Assembly (NCBI RefSeq): GCF_006345805.1
Contig: NC_043005.1
Span: forward strand, 37,386,001 to 37,450,000
DNA: 64,000 bases
Direction: 5' to 3'
DNA from: Octopus sinensis
Lineage: Eukaryota
The notes below the pieces were generated by a model. The model had not been told where the DNA came from. It ran no database searches and saw only the letters and a list, made by a program, of their open reading frames with translations. Every line of letters starts with the position of its first letter. The stretch's first letter is position 1. A program made the translations under genes and the position numbers. Shown here in pieces: positions 26,583 to 40,289 of the stretch.

Positions 26583-27413
26583 TTATTATGCATATCTGTA
26601 ATAATTCTGCCAGCCTTATGCATACCTGTATATTGATTGATTGATTAATTGATTGATTGATTGACATATGGATAGATGGATGAATGGACAGACGGACGGA
26701 CAGACAGATGGATGGATGGTTGGGTGTAATAGTAGATAGGTTGATAGACGGACAGATGTATTTGCAAACACATTCAGTCACAAAAATTCAATCACATTAA
26801 GCCATTGTAAATCAGATGTGTATTTATTGAAACACTTAAAATGCATTTAAACACTTAATTTTATTAAAATGCACACAATCCTCACTAAATGCATCTATCT
26901 CACATGAAACAAACATGAAACCCTCACATTCATATTATGTATGCATTCAGATACATAGAAGTGTGCATATATGCAAATATATTCACACATCAGCATATTA
27001 GCTATAGATATGAACACCAAAAGGACCAGGATTTCCTTTTCGTATTTTCTCTTTTGAAGTTCGTCACTTGATGTAATCATTTTATAGACACGCTTCCTTT
27101 CTTCATCATTAAGTTATAATTTGAATATGATTATTATTATTATTGATGTTGTTGTTGTTGTATTTTTTTGTATATAAATCTTATCATTTTCTCTACATCA
27201 ATATATTGAATCCATGCTATTTCCGGATCTGATTTTTCATTGTTAGAGATCGTATCATTTACAGTTTAACCATGTTAATAATTCGCTTTAAAGCATTCAG
27301 AAACCATGAAATATATTAAAGTTGATGGCAGCAGGAACTGAAAATAAAAGGGGAAAATCTGATGTTTTTACATCTCAAATTTATTCATTTATCATTTATT
27401 AAATGTGCTACTG

Positions 27414-27444
<31 letters not shown>

Positions 27445-27445
27445 A

Positions 27446-27476
<31 letters not shown>

Positions 27477-27879
27477 GGATGATGATGCAGCCCATACTGT
27501 TTTACATTCTCATTACTCTCAGCTACAGTTAGCAATCTTTTATCTCATCAAAAGCTGTTATAAGAATCAGAATTACACTAAGATCATACTGCATGACCCA
27601 ACAAAACTACATCAGATGTTTTTATTCCCATTGAGAAGTCTCAGGCTTCATCTTCCTTATTTCTTTTATTTACATTTTTTATTTGTTGCTGTTATTAAAA
27701 ATTCTGCAATGTTCTGGAACTTATTCATAAAATATTCTTAGAAGAAAGCAAATGAAAGAAACTTTTGTTTTATTTTGTAGTCTATCATCAGTTCCATTCA
27801 AGAGAAAGATTTTGAGCTCAGCATTGCAAATTATTGAAATTATCCATATTTATGCAGTAGTCATGTTGTGCAACATGGT

Positions 27880-28960
27880 ACTTTTGGAAATTTAGTTGAT
27901 AAAACAATTGGGATATTTTTCACAAGCAATGGTGGTACTTTTGACAATATAACAACTGTGGTGTTAATTACAGCTGTAGTTATATTTCACAATTTAGTTG
28001 ATAAAGTAATTATGCTATTTTTGACAATTTAGTTGATAAAACAATTAAACAAGGTTATTTTTACAGATTAGTTGATAATGAAATTGTGTTAAAAGTATTC
28101 ACAAGTGATTTCTTTATCATCATCATCATCATCATTTAGCGTTCGCTTTCCATGCTAGCATTGGTTGGACGGTTCAACTGGGGTCTGTGAAGCCAGAAGG
28201 CTGCATCAGGACCAGTCTGATCTGGCAGTGTTTCTACAGCTGGATGCCCTTCCTAACGCCAACCACTCCGTGAGTGTAGTGGGTGCTTTTTATGTGCCAC
28301 CTGCACAGGTGCCAGACGGAGCTAGCAAACGGCCACGGACGGATGGTGCTTTTTACGTGCCACCGGCACGGGGGATAAAGCAATTGTGGTAGTTCTAACA
28401 ACTTTGTTGATATAGCAAATGTTGTACATTGTACAATATGAAGTTGCTGTGGTAAATTTGACAATATAGGTAATAGAAACGGCAGCTTAGCAGAATTTAA
28501 AAGAAACGACAATTTAGTTGTTAAAGCAGTTGTTTTTGTATTTGGTTTACAAGATTCTTGTTGTGAATTTGTGTGTTGGAAATACATTTTGATGTGTCTT
28601 GGGAGGGTCATTCTCTCCCTCTCCTTCTCATACATTCTTACTCACATCTATGTAACAATATAAATAAAGACCCTGCAAACTAAAAGACAAATAAACCTGA
28701 AATAGAGAGGGTGTATCAATATCACTGATGAGTTTGCAAATGGCAACAAAAGGACTTCAACAAACCTAACTGATTCATAGACTGGACAAATGATTGATTG
28801 CTTAGTTAATATAGTTAAATGACTAACCAATTGACAAATGAATTATAGCAAAGTGAAATAGAACCAGTGCATGTGCTTATTGGCATGATGATCCTACTGT
28901 GATAGAACAAAACAATTGTAATACTTTTGACAATTCAGTAAAGCAATTGTGAGTTAAGAC
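27880..28960 (+). repeat. Degenerate ~34 bp minisatellite (core acaatttagttgataaagcaattgtgg), interrupted by a SINE
   Basis: ttagttgata recurs at ~27892, 27993, 28028 and 28068, with related units at 28380-28535 and 28900-28960. Confidence 0.6.
28115..28372 (-). mobile_element. (GAT)n-tailed retroposon, same family
   Basis: catcatcatttagcgttcgctttccatgc..ggatgcccttcctaacgcc..ttttacgtgccacc. Confidence 0.8.
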
Positions 28961-29167
28961 CAAAGCCAATATCTGTCAGCTTAGTGATAGATATGGAGCT
29001 TCAGCCATCTTGCTTAAAAATAGATGCCTGAGCGACACGTAAAACATCACACTACTAATCACACTACAACACACCATGAGAGATCCCCTGCATGAAATCA
29101 CAGCCATCTTTCCCTCAAATCACACACACACTGTTGGCTTAGATAAGGAAATGATACCAGTGATTAT

Positions 29168-29562
29168 CTGTGGTTCTCAACCTTTTTTGTTTTCCCCTAT
29201 GGACCCCTTTGATTACTCTTTTATTCTGGTGGGCTCTCGTAGCCATTCAAGGTTCAAAAGCCAGTTTTATAGATTATTCTTTCAAAATTCTGCTTTTGTC
29301 TTTCATTCATTTCCTTGAACAGGTTTGTAACAGCACTTTCTCAGAAATCGTGTTTCATTGGCCAGAAACCTGTTAAATCATGTAAAACATTAGTTGAAAG
29401 AAACTTAGCTGTTTCTTGCAATAAATACGTTTAAACCAGAATTTTTACATGGATCCTTAAAATATGCCTGTGGATCCCCATTTTACTATTTTGTTAGCAC
29501 AGACCCTTAAACATCTTGTATGAAACCCCCGGGGTTATGTGGACCCTGGTTGAGAACCATTG
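29168..29562. mobile_element. hAT(Charlie)-like MITE
   Basis: 15 bp TIRs ctgtggttctcaacc / ggttgagaaccattg (13/15). The 8 bp TSD is no longer recognisable. Confidence 0.65.
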
Positions 29563-29898
29563 TCTTAGATAATATACTCCTACATACTCTTATATGACAG
29601 TCATGAATGGAATGTCTTTGATCACAAGACTGCTTACATAGAACTAAGCAACACAACACTTACACCAATATGCTACTTATATATGCAAACAACATATCAC
29701 CTCTATTACCATCATTTTTATCATCGTTACCATTGTTGTCATCATTAGTGTCTGCCAAGGTTTCATCACCATCGTCATTGTCATTGCAATAATCATCATT
29801 GTCATCATTCTTGTTGTCATTGTTAAGCCAGCAAACTGGCAGAATCATTAGCATGCTGGGGATCAATAAAATAAGTACTCATTGGGCATGTGGACCAA

Positions 29899-30202
29899 AA
29901 TGTTTGTTCCTTCTCGAGCCATGCCTGGCTCATAAGGGCCGGTTTTCCGGTTTCCTTGGCGTATAGGTTCCCCACCTGGACGGGATGCCAGTCCATTGCA
30001 GATGAGCTGCAAGATGCAGGAGGAAAGAATGAAAGAAAGTTGTGGTGAAAGAGTCAGCAGAAGCTCGCCATTACCTTCTGCCAGAGCCACGTGGAGCTCA
30101 GGTGTTTCGCTCATAAACACACGCATCACCTAGTCTGAGATTTGAACTGGTGATCCCTCGACAATGAGTCTGCTGCTCTAACCACTAGGCCATGTGCCTC
30201 AA
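29899..30202 (-). mobile_element. tRNA-SINE (same head, different tail) nested in another SINE, 12 bp TSD
   Basis: TSD catgtggaccaa at 29887-29898 and 30203-30214. The host SINE is split into 29826-29898 and 30215-30270. Confidence 0.8.
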
Positions 30203-30593
30203 CATGTGGACCAATGTAATCAGCTGTCCTCCTCTCCCAAAACAGCTGGCCTTATGTCAAAATTTGAAACTTTTGTCAGTGTCATTGTTACCATTTTCAG
30301 CATCAAGTTAATCCGGGTCATGCAAAGTGTTCGGAATCCTTATCAACAACACCAGTACCTCCAAAATATCCAAGCTATGCTTACAAATACTCAGTAATTA
30401 CTTAAATTATTTCTGTTTAGGATTTCATAAGTTTAGTCATAAGTGAGTTCTTCAACTTGACCTTTGTAAGATTATTTCTGATTGCTATCATTAATTCTTA
30501 GATTTGCTTCTCATGTGGTGTAGTCTACTTGATTAGATAACATGGAACTGTCTGTAAAAATATTAAGTACCGGCATACCAATATTTAAAAAAA

Positions 30594-30660
<67 letters not shown>

Positions 30661-31919
30661 TGGTAATAACTACAACTATAGACCATAGTTGTCACAGTGA
30701 TAACCACAACAATTCTCACTTATTTAATGGTTGCAACACAGTTGTTGGGTAATAGTTTTAACATTATTTATTATTCAAAGATTTTTGTTTTGTTTAATTG
30801 AATTTGTTAGTTTTTCTCATAAAAAAATGAAAAGAACCACGAAATTAAATAAAAAGAAATGAAAAAGTCAACTGTATTATGGATTACTTTTAATTAAGTG
30901 ATTGGTGACAGTTGCTCTCTGTTAATGGGTTACAATAGCTGACGATGGATAGATTGAGCAAGGTTGGGAAAATAGAAGATTTGAATTGTTTAAAAGAGTT
31001 TGTATGCGAATGTGTGTGTGTGTGTGGTTGTGTGTGTGTGTGTGAAAGAGGTAGTGATAGACGATGGTGAGTGAGCTAGAGTGTAAGAGGAAAAAAATTG
31101 ATGGTAACTAGTAATTTCCAAGGAAAGAATGGTTGAAATCTGGGCGATCTTCGCTATAAAATTAGATTAATGTCTATGTTTAACAATTTTTAACTCCATT
31201 TTCAAAAATGTAAAAGAAACATTTTTTGAATCAATCAAATTTTTTATGTATTTATTTTTTGTTTATTTTCCGTTTTTTTTTTCCTTTTTTTTTCTTACAA
31301 AATATTATTATTTTCCACTACTGCTGCTACCAGTGTGATTGGTGGTACTGGTGATGCTACTGGTGTTTCATGGTTTTTATTTGAATCCATCTAGAAACTA
31401 AATGCCAGTCTGTGTAGTAATGAATTTCACTTCATAACCATCTTGTGCTAGGTTTGATCCCACTACATGTCACTTTGGGTAACCAGTGGCTATTTGTACA
31501 ACAGCCACTAGTTGACCACTGTCTTGTAACTTGAAACTGTGTGGTGGAATTTCGTTATATGTACCCTTATGCTGAGACTAAAAATTAGGTGATGGATTAA
31601 CGGAATCTTTTATAAAACACACCAAATGCTGCTGTGGTTCATGGCATTCTGAGTTCAAACTCCTCCAAGATCATCTTTACCTTTTGTCCCTCCAAGGTTG
31701 GTAAGATAAAGTGCCCATTATATTCTGGGCTTGATGTAAACCCTCATCTCCAAAATCTGCTGGCCTTCCACCTAAATTAGGAACCATTATTGTAATTATT
31801 ATCATTAGGTGGTGACCTAGCAGATTCATTAGTATACCAGGCAAGATGCTTAACAGCACTTCATCTCTCTTTGTATTCAGAGTTCAAATTCTGCCGAGGT
31901 CGACTTTTGAACCAGGGCA

Positions 31920-32095
31920 AAAAGAATGGCTCTTTATATATTCTCCCCAACGTTGACTCAATCTTGCATTTCATCATGGAATGATTTAATCATCAATACA
32001 AAGTGATCTGGGTAGCTAAGGCTGCAAAGTATTTTCCGCAGAGACACCCTACTTATAATATCATTGGCTTCTGTGTTAGATCAATGAAAACCTGG
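31920..32095 (-). mobile_element. RTE-BovB-like reverse transcriptase fragment
   Basis: FIDLT..SRVSLRKILCSLSYPDHFVLMIKSFHDEMQ, the FIDL.KAFD region of RT with a frameshift. Confidence 0.7.
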
Positions 32096-33556
32096 ACACA
32101 ACTCCTGTTCTGCTCATAGCACTTATTCTGTCTTACACATCCCATTTATGTATGTATATATATATATGTGTGTATGTGTGTTTGTATTAATTATTGATTG
32201 TTTAGTGTTTACTCTTGTTGATTTTTCTCATCTTTCACTTATACAGTAAAGTTTTTAATGGTATATTTACTTTGTATGTTCATTTATATATCTATAAAAG
32301 TACATTTAGTAAATCTTGAGTCGAGCGATGGTGATGTTGGAATTAATCTCATTCATATTCTTGCTATATCATGCTGCCACATCATTCTTTCTTGCTTTAT
32401 CTATCTTTTATACATTGAAACCTTTTTGATGTCTTTTGAGGTCATATTTCTATCTGAATGATATATATATATATACATCATCATCATCATCGTTTAGAAA
32501 ATATCACATGGCAATATATATATATATATACACACACACACATTTATACACATGCACATATATATTCCTTATATGCTGTCTTTCTTTGGCATTTATGTTT
32601 ATGTAACTGATTAGTTTGAGAAGTATTTCTCTCTATATCCATATCTATATCTTACACAATCTACTTATGTTCTTGGTGTTGGATTGCAGAATTGGCTTGG
32701 TTGATGAAAATACGGCACCTCCTCCTCCTCCTCCTCCTCCTCTTCCTCCTCCTCACCATCATCATCATCATCATCATTTGTCCATGTTCCATGCTGGTGC
32801 ATGAGCTGGAGGGTTTGACATAATCTGACAAATCCGAAGACTGCATTGTATTCCAGTGTCTACAACTTGATGCTGTTTGAAACACCAGCCGCTTTACAAT
32901 ACGTACTGACTGCTATTTTCTTTATTATTGTACTACCAATACGAGTGAGATTCCCATACAGTTTGAAAGATTACGAACCCTGGAGAGAGGGTTTTTATAC
33001 CTGCTAATAAAGGGTTAAGTATGTGACAAGCAGAGTAGAGTAGATTTCTTGTGTTTGTAAGAGCTACATGACAACTTAGAAGATAGGGGAGGAAAATGGT
33101 TGAGTGTAGCTGGAAAAGAGATAAAATAGTGGTGATTAGGTGTCTGGGTTGTTTACAAGGTAAGTAGGAATGAATGGGGACAAAGGAACCAAAGTGTGGG
33201 TGGAAGAATGAGAAATTGAAGAATGCAGAGAGGCTGGCACAGCGGTGGAGAGGAGTGGTGGATCTGGTCAGCCCTATGCATGATAATGCCTTTGGGATCA
33301 GTAGCTTGAAATGACCCCAGCCACATCAAACAAGAGCTTGAAGCCAAGACAAACCATAATAATAATAATAATCATCATCATCATCATCTTCCTTATAAGA
33401 ATGGTAAAAGGCAGAATCAGTAGGGCAGTAAAGATAAGTTTTGAAATATTTCAATTCTGATTCTTTACTATCTTGAATTCAGATTCTTCTGATCCCAACT
33501 TTGCCTTTCTTTCATAAGAAACCAATGGAATTGTATTACTCTAGTACTGACTTAGT

Positions 33557-33946
33557 TGGATTGGAAGCACTCCGTCAGTTACGACGATGAGGGTTCCGGT
33601 TGATCCGAATCAACGGAACAGCCTGCTCGTGAAATTAACGTGTAAGTGGCTGAGCACTCCACAGACACGTGTACCCTTAATGTAGTTCTCGGGGATATTC
33701 AGCGTGACACAGAGAGTGACAAGGCCGGCTCTTTGAAATACAGGTACAACAGAAACAGGAAGTAAGAGTGAGAGAAAGTTGTGGTGAAAGAGTACAGCAG
33801 GGATCACCACCATCCCCTGCCGGAGCCTTGTGGAACTTTTAGGTGTTTTCGCTCAATAAACACTCACAACGCCCGGTCTGGGAATCGAAACCGCGATCCT
33901 ATGACTGCGAGTCTGCTGCCCTAACCACTGGGCCATTGCTCCTCCA
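33557..33946 (-). mobile_element. Young full-length tRNA-derived SINE with 31 bp target-site duplication
   Basis: Minus strand head tggaggagcaatggcccagtggttagg..ggtttcgattccc (A/B boxes); CpG-rich. TSD tggaattgtattactctagta(c/a)tgacttagt at 33526-33556 and 33947-33977. Confidence 0.9.
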
Positions 33947-34717
33947 TGGAATTGTATTACTCTAGTAATGACTTAGTACCATTCTTATACTAACCTAGTT
34001 GTAGTCAAGAACTACTGAAGTGCTAGTCCAGCACTATTCTATTACTATTCTTGTACAAGACTACTAATAACCTAGTTCTAGTGCAAGACTAGTCTGCAAC
34101 TACTGTAATACTAGTCTATTGATACTCAATGCACATCTAGCATTACACTAGCATTACTCTCATGCTAGTGAAGTACTCATTTAATATTAGTCTTGAAGTA
34201 AGGTGGTGAGCTGGCAGAACTGTTAGCACACTGGACGAAATGCTAAGTGGTATTATGTTTGTCTTTATGTTCTGAGTTCAAATTCCCCCCGAGGTCAACC
34301 TTGCTTTTTTATCCTTTTGGAAGTCGATAAATTAAGTACCAGCTACATACTGGGGTTTATCTACTCGACTGGCCATCTCCCTCAAAATTTCAGGCCTTGT
34401 GCCCATAGTAAAAAAGAATATTAGCCTTGAAGTAGGGATGATCTAATTGATAGTATCAGCGTTAAATTTTGTTTTCTATATTATTAATCATTGTTGGTCA
34501 TGGATTGGCACAATCATTAGAGCATCAGAAAAAATTGCTTGCACTATGTTTTTATGGCTCTTTATATTCTGAGTTCAAATTTCACCATAGCCAGCTTAAT
34601 ATTTTATTCTTTAGGTGTCAATAAAATCAAGCACTGGTCAAGTACTTGGGTTAATAGAACCTGCTAACTCTCACCCATCAAATTTTCTGGCATTGTACCT
34701 AAATTAAAAATTGTTGT

Positions 34718-34873
34718 AGGAGTGGCTGTGAGGTAAGAAGCTTGCTTCTTGACCACATGATTCTGGGTTCAGTCCCACTGTTTGGTACCTTGAGCAAGTG
34801 TCTTCTACCATAGCCTTGGACTGACCAAAGCCTTGTGAATGGATTTGGTGGATGGAAACTGAAAGAAGCCCAT

Positions 34874-34942
<69 letters not shown>

Positions 34943-35125
34943 TTGTGTGTCTGTGTTTGTCTCCCTCCATTGCTTGACGAGCAATGTTGGTGTGTTTACA
35001 TCCCTGTAACTTAGTGGTTTGGCAAAAGAGACCAATAGAAGAATAAGTATTAGGCTTACGTGTCGATTTTTTGGCACTCCAGTATGGCCACAGTCAAATG
35101 ACTGAAAGCAAAAGAGCAAAAGAGT
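34718..35125 (+). mobile_element. Same SINE family, full copy
   Basis: Head, internal microsatellite and tail. Confidence 0.85.
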
Positions 35126-36648
35126 ATATAATTTGCTTATATTTCTAGTGGGGAGGGAGAGAGAGATAGATATATATAGAGAGAGAGACAGGAGAGAAGG
35201 AGAGGAAAGAGAAAAAGAAGAAAGTATAGGAGTTAGTTAAAGTTAGAAAAAAGAGAGAGAGGAAGAGAAAATGTTTGGTGAAGCAATTGAAAACCAGAGA
35301 GCGAGAAAGAAAGAAGGAAAGAAAATAGGCAAAAAACACAAATAATGATATCACATAGTCACATGCTAACAGCGCACAAATCCACTGATGCGTGGGGTAT
35401 TGAGAAGAATAAATTATTCCTGATGCTGAGGTTAAACAAAACATATAACTTATAATTGATAAATTTAACAAATATAAATTATAATGGCTAAACATTTTTT
35501 GCAAACATGAATGTTGCAGTTATGTTCGTATAGCCTTCATTGTTTGTCCACATAAACAATTATCTTCCAGTATTTCTTTATTTCTATTAAATATTTGTTT
35601 TTGCAAATATTTCATGATATTTTCAGCAGATAAGCTGCTAAATAAATTTATTATTGGAGCTAAATCTGGCTATAATTTTTAAATTAAATAAAAACAATTT
35701 CTTAGAGAAACAAACAAACAGAGAAATAAAAATAAAAATTGTTTCTTCAAAAATTCACTGGTGTTCTTGCTGATCTTTTCAATATTCCATATGTTGCTTA
35801 CCTTTGCAAAACTAAATCAGTTTCTAGGTATTGTTTATTATGTTATGCTTTTTCTTTACACACGATCACCATTATAGTTGTTCTCAACATCATCATCATC
35901 AACATCATCATCATCATCATCACTGTTTTAACATTTACTTTTCCATGGGCCAGACGAGACTGCATTGCAGCAGAGTTTCTATATGTGTATAATGCCCTAT
36001 CTGATACCAACCCTCACCTGTTTCCAAGCAAAGTAATAAGAACTGCTCTCTATAGAACATAAAAAGAAACATGCCAAGAAATGTCATGATGCTCGGATGT
36101 GCTTTCACAGAGGACTGCAAGCAAAGGCCATCAACTCTGTAAACACTGAAGTCTTTGTTTACCATAAGTGAATACAAGTGAAAATTAAGAGAAACACAAA
36201 GTCTCTCTCTCTATCTCATGCATGCACACACACACACACAAACACACTCACTATCTCAATCATCATTTATTGGTGATGTTCCATGGTGACATGCATCAGA
36301 TGGTGCTCCACTATCTACTTTGATTTGGTGTCTATGGTTGGATGTCTTTCCTGATGCCACCCATTTTACAGAGTACGTTTTACAGGGTGCCTTTTTCTTT
36401 TTGACACCAGCAATAGTGAGGTCATCTTGTCACTTGCATGACCATTAATCCTGAGAGGGTGACTTTATGCCGGGAGATGGCAGGTTTCAGTATGAAAGAA
36501 GGGGCCTGAGTAGAACATGTTTCTTGCTGTAAAGGTGAGATACATGGCAACTCTCATTTTAAAAGGGACGAAAGGATTAATCAGAAATGGAAAGACGTCA
36601 TTGACAGCAGAATTAAACTGGATATATAAATCTCTGTTCTCCTTATTA

Positions 36649-36692
<44 letters not shown>

Positions 36693-36693
36693 C

Positions 36694-36861
36694 ACAGGAG
36701 TGGCTGTGTGGTAAGTAGCTTGCTAACCAACCACATGTTTCCGGGTTCAGTCCCACTGCATGACATCTTGGGCAAGTGTCTTCTGCTATAGCCCCGGGCC
36801 GACCAATGCCTTGTGAGTGGATTTGGTAGACGGAAACTGAAAGAAGGCTATCATATATATG

Positions 36862-36900
<39 letters not shown>

Positions 36901-37100
36901 ATGTGTTTGTGTATCTGTGTTTGTCCCCCTAGCATTGCTTGACAACCGATGCTGGTGTGTTTATGTCCCCGTCACTTAGCGGTTCGGCAAAAGAGACCGA
37001 TAGAATAAGTACTGGGCTTACAAAGAATAAGTCCCGGGGTCGATTTGCTCGACTAAAGGCGGTGCTCCAGCATGGCTGCAGTCAATTGACTGAAACAAGT
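36694..37100 (+). mobile_element. Young tRNA-SINE with internal (TA)n(TG)n microsatellite (representative full copy)
   Basis: ggagtggctgtgtggtaagtagc..ccgggttcagtccc..ggaaactgaaagaag-(TA)n(TG)n-..ggcggtgctccagcatgg..gactgaaacaagtaaaag. CpGs retained. Confidence 0.9.
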
Positions 37101-37844
37101 AAAAGAGTAAATAAAAGAGTATATATATATTATCATCATCATCATCATCATCATCGTTTAACGTCCGTTCTCCATGCTAGCATGGGTTGGACGGTTCGAC
37201 CGGGGATCTGGGAAGCCAGAAGGCTGTACCAGGCTCCAGTCTTATCTGGCAATGTTTCTACAGCTGGATGCCCTTCCTAATGCCAACCACTCCGTGAGTG
37301 TAGTGGGTGCTTTTTACGTGCCACCCACACAGTATATATATATATATATGATAATAATAATAATAATAATAATAATCATTGGATGGAATTTATAAATATT
37401 TTAATGCCTTGCTACAACGTTTCCACAAGTTACATATTTCTTTAGTTCATAGTCCATATTCCTGGGATGATTACAGAACAGTCTGTATTGTCCATAGACA
37501 TGAGGTAGATCATGTTCATGCATTTATTTCTTCAGGCAATATACATATATGTATTTTTTTTTCAGTTTTATTTGTCAGCTTCATTGATAAGGTATTGGTC
37601 AACTCACAGCTATAGTAAAGGAAGCTAGCCAACAATGACCATGCATTGGGATTGAACCCTTAACCATATGGTAACAGCTCTTAATGAAGCATGGCTCTTA
37701 GTCACACAGCCATGTTTGTGTAGTGCATATGACATATATATGCCAATGATTTTGTACTATATTTCTATTTTAATTAATCAGATACACTATAACAGATTCC
37801 TGTTAAACACTACAAGTATTTATAATAAACATGAACACACACAC

Positions 37845-37891
<47 letters not shown>

Positions 37892-38234
37892 ACATGCATA
37901 TGACAGTTATTGTTGGAAGGTGTAGGAGTCTTGTCATTCTTACTAACCTGTTGGCTCATGAAAAATTAATTTATCAGTTACATGCCAAAACAATTTTCAT
38001 ACCAAAATCATCATTGTCATTATCATAGATTAATGGCCATTTTCCCATGTTTGCATGGGGCTGACAGAATTTTGGGGGACATAGTTTCTACAGACACATG
38101 TCCTTTTACAAGTAAGGTAAATATTTTCCCATTAGAAGACTATGAATAAACATTACATGCTAGTGCTGCTTGTTTAAAATCATAATGTGATGTCAAGACA
38201 AGGGTACACACAGACACACATACATACAATATGA

Positions 38235-38768
38235 AACAGGTTTTGGTAGAATTCTGGTTTAAGTACCTCATAAAACCCCTTGTAACTTTTTTTTATTGTT
38301 TGGAATTTTCAGAAAAGTTTTGTTTATTTGTGTTCTACACATGGGAATTCATATGAGTATGCAACAAGAAGTTTTGTGTGCGTGTGATTTTGTGTGAGAG
38401 ATTTAATTTTTTATTTTAGCATATCCCACAACCACCTGATACCTTTCTTGTTTCATTGTTACTCTGACATGTATTGATGGTTTCCAATATTTTTCTCCCC
38501 AGAAATACATTTAATGGAATGATGACGTGCGCAAGGGTATTTTAAATTCTGATTTTAAAAAAGTTTGAAAAAGAGTGGACATTTTAGGATTCATGAGTTG
38601 GTGGAAGGGGTAAAGGTGTTAAATAAATTAGAAGAAATGTTTTTTGGCATAATTGTATGAATTCCTCTGTGCAAAACACAAATTCATAAAACTTTTCTGA
38701 AAATTCCATAAAATAAAAAGTTACAAGGGGTTATATGGGGCGCTCAAATCAAAATTCTGCCCAGGTTT
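38235..38768. mobile_element. MITE with long (~100 bp) imperfect TIRs
   Basis: cataaaaccccttgtaacttttt..tggaattttcagaaaagtttt..gaattcata is mirrored by tatgaattcc..aaaacttttctgaaaattcca..aaaagttacaaggggttatatg. Confidence 0.75.
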
Positions 38769-39523
38769 CTTTTAACTTCCATCAACTAAATCCACTCACT
38801 TGCTTTGGTTGGCTTAAGAATGGAGTAGAAGACACTTGCCCAAGGTGCCATGCTGTGGGACTGAACCAGAAACCATATGGTTGGGAAGCAACATCTTTAT
38901 CCACACAGCCATGCCTGCACATATTCAGCCCTGAGTAATATAGAACAGTAATAAAATTTGAGTAATATTGCTTTCTTTAATAAGATTTTAGAATATTTAT
39001 TTAATCATATGTAAAAATATCAAATATCTGACATATATAATATAACATAATTTTATGAGGAATTTACTATATTTTTACATTCACAGAAATGTTACCACCT
39101 CTTCATTTTGTAAATCCACCTCCTTCTAATTCAATAATTAGCTTTCGTTTATTAAATTTTCTTTTAATCTTTTGATTGCCTATATGAACTCTTTAATATT
39201 TCACATAAAAATAGCTTCAGTAGTAATAATGATGATGATGATGATGACAGTGACACTCTACATAATTATGAACATTTCATCTGCTCAGATTCAGTTAGTC
39301 TGTTTAGTTTATATTGTTGACAGATGATTTTAAACTATCATCGTTAATTATCATAATGATTAAAATCACTATTGTCACTGTGTACAGACTTGTCAGTATT
39401 GCAGTCATCATCTTTGTTAATGTATTCATTAATGTTACAATTCTCATCGGCATCAATCATGGGTGATACAACAGAAATCTTTGTGATGAACTAGGCATAT
39501 GGCAATGTTCAAATACAATAATG

Positions 39524-39565
<42 letters not shown>

Positions 39566-39566
<1 letters not shown>

Positions 39567-40268
39567 GGCACGATAGAGCTGCACAATATATTCACTGGGT
39601 AATCTGTAAAAACCTGGATTTGCCCCATGAAAAAAACTGGTGGGAACACAAACCACCCCCAGTGCTTGAAAATGACCACATCTCACTCCTCTGGAACTTC
39701 ACCATTCAAACTGACAGGAAGATAGATGCAAATAGGCCAGACATCATATTGAAAGACTTCAAACAAAGAACATGCCTCCTCATTGATATGACTGTCCCAA
39801 TCGATATAAACGTATCTGTCAGGACCTACCAAAAACTGAGCAAATATAAAGATCTTGAAATAGAAATCAGCAAAATGTGGAAGCTGAAGACTAAAACAAT
39901 ACCTGTTGTCACAGGTGCCCTGGGAATGATAGCAAAAGGGGCTGATAGCTACCTAACTCAGATACCAGGAAACCCAAAAATGGCAGAAGTTCAAAAGATA
40001 GTGCTCATGGGAACTGCTCATATCCTACGCAAAATACTCTCTATGTAACCTCAAGGTTTAAAACAACCATAATTTTCGGTTTAAAAAAAAAAAAAAAAAA
40101 AAAAAACTTTTTTTTTTTAGACATTCATTAGTACAACATCCCCACCCCCCAAATATATGGCACACTAGGCATAACAACAACATGAACTTCCAACCCTGTT
40201 GTCTCTTGAGGTCTCTGGGTGAGACTTGGAGCCAACTTGTACAAATATAAAGCAAAAGTCAAACATAG
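39566..40268 (+). mobile_element. 5'-truncated R4/Dong-clade non-LTR retrotransposon (restriction-like endonuclease domain plus 3' UTR) inserted in (TAA)n
   Basis: Open frame 39566-40048: RHDRAAQYIHWVICK..VLENDHISLLWNFTIQTDRKIDANRPDII..LLIDMTVP..YQKLSKYKDL..IPVVTGALG..GTAHILRK. This has the RHD, RPD, D-x-x-x-P and K-x-x-KY motifs of RLE-type elements. Flanked by (TAA)n on both sides. Confidence 0.9.
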
Positions 40269-40289
40269 AATAATAATAATAATAATAAT

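Noticed and set aside
27880-28540. Regularly spaced short repeats suggestive of a CRISPR-like array
   Set aside because: Units are degenerate, spacers are related to the repeat, the context is eukaryotic, and there are no cas genes.
28724-28760. ctgatga-gtttgc..gcaac-aaaa hammerhead-like string
   Set aside because: The GAAA box is absent and no stem I or III partner can be formed.
33870-33946. tRNA gene-like sequences at SINE heads
   Set aside because: A/B boxes run directly into multi-copy SINE bodies; no complete cloverleaf with acceptor stem and terminator was seen.
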